A program made the translations under genes and the position numbers. DNA of 64,000 nt from Gammaproteobacteria bacterium (GTDB taxonomy: Bacteria > Pseudomonadota > Gammaproteobacteria > Burkholderiales > Rhodocyclaceae): NCBI GenBank assembly GCA_018819515.1, contig JAHJPX010000003.1:56588-120587 (forward strand). The letters run 5' to 3'. Below, piece by piece: positions 61,810-64,000 of this stretch; the first letter of the stretch is position 1; every line of letters starts with the position of its first letter. The notes beneath the pieces were generated by a model. That model saw only the letters and a list, made by a program, of their open reading frames with translations, ran no database searches and was not told where the DNA came from.

Positions 61810-62337
61810 ATGGCGCTGTCGAAGGAAGCAGTCGTGCTCTACACAGCTGTTGTTGCCTTGCTTACCGGTATTGTCGGGCTTGTCGCCAGCGTAATGAATG
61901 CCATAAGGACTCAAGAATATGCGCAAACCATCAATGCGACCGCAGCTACTGTCGAGGAGATCAAGAACTGTCGCGGTCAAGTGGCCGTGAGAATCGACAG
62001 TCCCAGCCCCGTCGATTCTGAAGTGGAGCAAGTATCTGAAAGAGTGAATGTGCAGGGTGAAGGCACCGTACACCAAACCTGTCACTATGTCCTCTTGCTT
62101 GTGCATGACGTGTCAGTACCTGGTCGCCCATGGACCATTTCTGATTTGGTTCAGATAAACACGACCGGCAGATGGGCCGGCATTGCGCAATTGCATGACG
62201 TTCTGATTGGAGGTTTGGCGGAAATCGATGCTCGCGTCGTAGCTCAGCCTTCAGAATTTCCCGTTGGAAACAGCTATCCCTATCCGATCGAGGCGGGCGT
62301 GCGTTCCAACATAGTTCGAGTGAGGAGAATCAATTGA
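61810..62337 (+). CDS. Hypothetical membrane-anchored protein (lower G+C)
   Basis: Internal Met of track ORF 61720..62337 with GGAGGGA 5 nt upstream. N-terminal TM helix (VVLYTAVVALLTGIVGLVASV). Confidence 0.55.
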   Translation: MALSKEAVVLYTAVVALLTGIVGLVASVMNAIRTQEYAQTINATAATVEEIKNCRGQVAVRIDSPSPVDSEVEQVSERVNVQGEGTVHQTCHYVLLLVHDVSVPGRPWTISDLVQINTTGRWAGIAQLHDVLIGGLAEIDARVVAQPSEFPVGNSYPYPIEAGVRSNIVRVRRIN

Positions 62338-62759
62338 GTGCATTGATCAAGAAGTTCTTCATCTTCTTTCTGATTTGCTTGCCGACAAGTGTCTTTGCCG
62401 GTTCGTTTGTGATCACAATAGACAAGATCGTCGCTGGCAAGCAAATAACCGGACACATTCAGGGCCTGGCTCCCCAGGCGGCGTCCAAGTACAAGGTGCT
62501 AGTCTACGTGCACACCGACCGATGGTATATCCATCCCTACGCCGGACAGGGCGAGGAGAGAACATGGGCATCGGTCAAGGAAGACGGGTCTTGGCAAGTA
62601 CAAACAGTTCAGCGTGAATTTCGCGCTGACAGCGTCGCAGCGCTTCTTGTATTGAGGAGCGTTCCAGAACCCAACAGAGTCGAGAGCCTTACCAATATCC
62701 CGTACCAGGCGGCGATTACGAAGGTTCTTCAAGGAACACCGGATTACGGGAAGCTGTAG
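62334..62759 (+). CDS. Hypothetical secreted protein (lower G+C)
   Basis: 141-aa ORF with a TTG start overlapping the upstream TGA and GAGGAG 6 nt upstream. Signal peptide FFIFFLICLPTSVFAG. Confidence 0.55.
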   Translation: MSALIKKFFIFFLICLPTSVFAGSFVITIDKIVAGKQITGHIQGLAPQAASKYKVLVYVHTDRWYIHPYAGQGEERTWASVKEDGSWQVQTVQREFRADSVAALLVLRSVPEPNRVESLTNIPYQAAITKVLQGTPDYGKL

Positions 62760-62871
62760 GGCGAGCTCGCAATCACCCGGGTGAATGTAGTGAGGCTTTT
62801 TGACAGGGCGACCTGTTCGCCGTCGTTTTTTGATGGCACTTCGCGTTCGCCGTTGCGGTTGGTGTTGCGGG

Positions 62872-62895
62872 AAAAGTCAGCCGTGGCGGTGCGCT
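62872..62895 (-). repeat. 24-nt motif copy, inverted, 2 mismatches
   Basis: The plus strand reads AAAAGTCAGCCGTGGCGGTGCGCT. Intergenic, 3 nt beyond the MFS stop codon. Confidence 0.85.
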
Positions 62896-62898
62896 GCC

Positions 62899-64000
62899 TT
62901 ACGACTTCTCCGCCGACAACGGCGCTGCCACGGCCTCCAGCGACGCCTGCTCGGCACGCACGCCGTAGCGCAGCTCCACCAGTGCGGCAACGTACATGAG
63001 TCCGGCGCCGAGGGCGTAGCCCCAGAAGACATTGAGCCGGTCGCCGCTGCCGATGAGCAGGCCGAACAGCCACGGTGCGACGATGCCGCCGGCCGCGGTG
63101 CCGAGCGAATAGAAGACGGCGATGGCCAGCGCGCGCAGTTCGAGCGGGAAGACTTCGCTGATCGTGAGGTAGGCCGAGCTGGCCGCCGCCGAGGCGAAGA
63201 AGAAGATCACCGCCCAGGCGGCCGTCTGGCCGGTGGCGCTCAGCGTGCCGGCGACGAAGGCGGCGCCGGTGGCCAGCAGCAGTGTCGCGGCCATGGCATA
63301 GGTGCCGGAAATCATCGCCCGCCGGCCGAGACTGTCGAAGTAGTGGCCCATCAGCAAAGGGCCGAGGAAGTTGCCGATGGCGAAGGGCAGCAGATAGAGC
63401 CCGGTGTTCTGCGCCGGTACGTCGTAGAAGCGGGTCAGGACGAGCGCATAGGTGAAGAAGATCGCGTTGTAGAGGAAGGCCTGCGACGCGATGAGCACGA
63501 AGCAGAGAAAGGCGCGCTGGCGGTAGCGACCGAACAGCGTGGAGAAGATGATGCGCAGGCCGAAGCGATGACGCGGATGGATGGTCAGCGTCGCCGTCGC
63601 CGGTTCCAGGACTTTGCCCGTCTGCCGCTGCACCTTGGCCTCGATTGCGGCCATGGCTTGCTCGGCTTGTATGCGGCGGCCGCGGATGCTGAGCCAGCGC
63701 GGGCTTTCGGGGATGAAGGCGCGCGCGAGCAGGACCACGAAGCCGAGCGTGGCGCCGATGCCGAAGCCGACCCGCCAGCCGGTATCGACGGCGAATATCG
63801 CCGGGTCGAGCAGCAGCACGGTGGCGCCGGAGCCGACCATGGCGCCGAGCCAGAAGCTGCCGTTGATGATCAGGTTGATGCGACCGCGCAAGCGGGCGGG
63901 GATCAGTTCGTCGATGGCCGAGTTGATGGCGGCATATTCGCCGCCGATGCCGAAACCGGTCAGGCAGCGGAAGGCGGCGAGGCTGGCGAAGTCCCACGAG
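62899..64000 (-). CDS. MFS transporter, 5' end outside window
   Basis: Track ORF 62899..63891. The same frame stays open to the window edge (..SWDFASLAAFRCLTGFGIGGEYAAINSAIDELIPARLRGR..), which is a typical MFS loop 2-3/4-5 signature. Confidence 0.8.
   Translation of the reverse strand, partial: SWDFASLAAFRCLTGFGIGGEYAAINSAIDELIPARLRGRINLIINGSFWLGAMVGSGATVLLLDPAIFAVDTGWRVGFGIGATLGFVVLLARAFIPESPRWLSIRGRRIQAEQAMAAIEAKVQRQTGKVLEPATATLTIHPRHRFGLRIIFSTLFGRYRQRAFLCFVLIASQAFLYNAIFFTYALVLTRFYDVPAQNTGLYLLPFAIGNFLGPLLMGHYFDSLGRRAMISGTYAMAATLLLATGAAFVAGTLSATGQTAAWAVIFFFASAAASSAYLTISEVFPLELRALAIAVFYSLGTAAGGIVAPWLFGLLIGSGDRLNVFWGYALGAGLMYVAALVELRYGVRAEQASLEAVAAPLSAEKS

Noticed and set aside
62744-63997. 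417-aa minus-strand ORF
   Set aside because: It is an alternative frame of the MFS transporter gene. The Arg/Pro-rich translation is implausible.

Overview
High-G+C chromosomal segment with betaproteobacterial gene content. The nif/rnf organisation suggests a Rhodocyclales-like diazotroph, but this is inference from gene order only. No rRNA, tRNA, CRISPR, transposase or integrase genes were seen. The window divides into four blocks. (1) 1-30.4 kb is housekeeping: M20 amidohydrolase, hslO, tex, msrB, dadA, PhoU-like/PiT, EamA, azlCD, a lexA-imuA-imuB-dnaE2 SOS mutagenesis operon, an HD-GYP plus EAL pair, rlmJ, a pseudouridine synthase, a ClpX-like ATPase, ppiD and fabI. (2) 30.7-55.9 kb is nitrogen fixation: nifVWZM, a PAS/GAF/GGDEF/EAL protein with a hemerythrin, rnfABCDGEH, nifLA, a small accessory insert, then nifB-fdxN with an ArsC-like protein, a flavodiiron protein, two 2Fe-2S ferredoxins and draG. 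(3) 55.96-62.76 kb is an accessory island of small secreted or hypothetical genes, a hemerythrin plus SIR2-like operon and a large beta-helix lipoprotein. (4) The window ends in a truncated MFS transporter gene. The most striking signal is not a gene. A non-palindromic 24-nt word, GGCGTACCGCCACGGCTGACTTTT, occurs at least 15 times with 0-3 mismatches, plus about 4 degenerate relics. It lies mostly inside unrelated conserved genes and stays in frame. It also supplies stop and start codons at gene junctions and marks the boundaries of cassette-like insertions. I interpret it as a candidate genome-wide signal such as a DNA-uptake sequence or a polar signal. This needs whole-genome counting and experiments. 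All product calls come from reading the translated ORFs from memory, with no database search.
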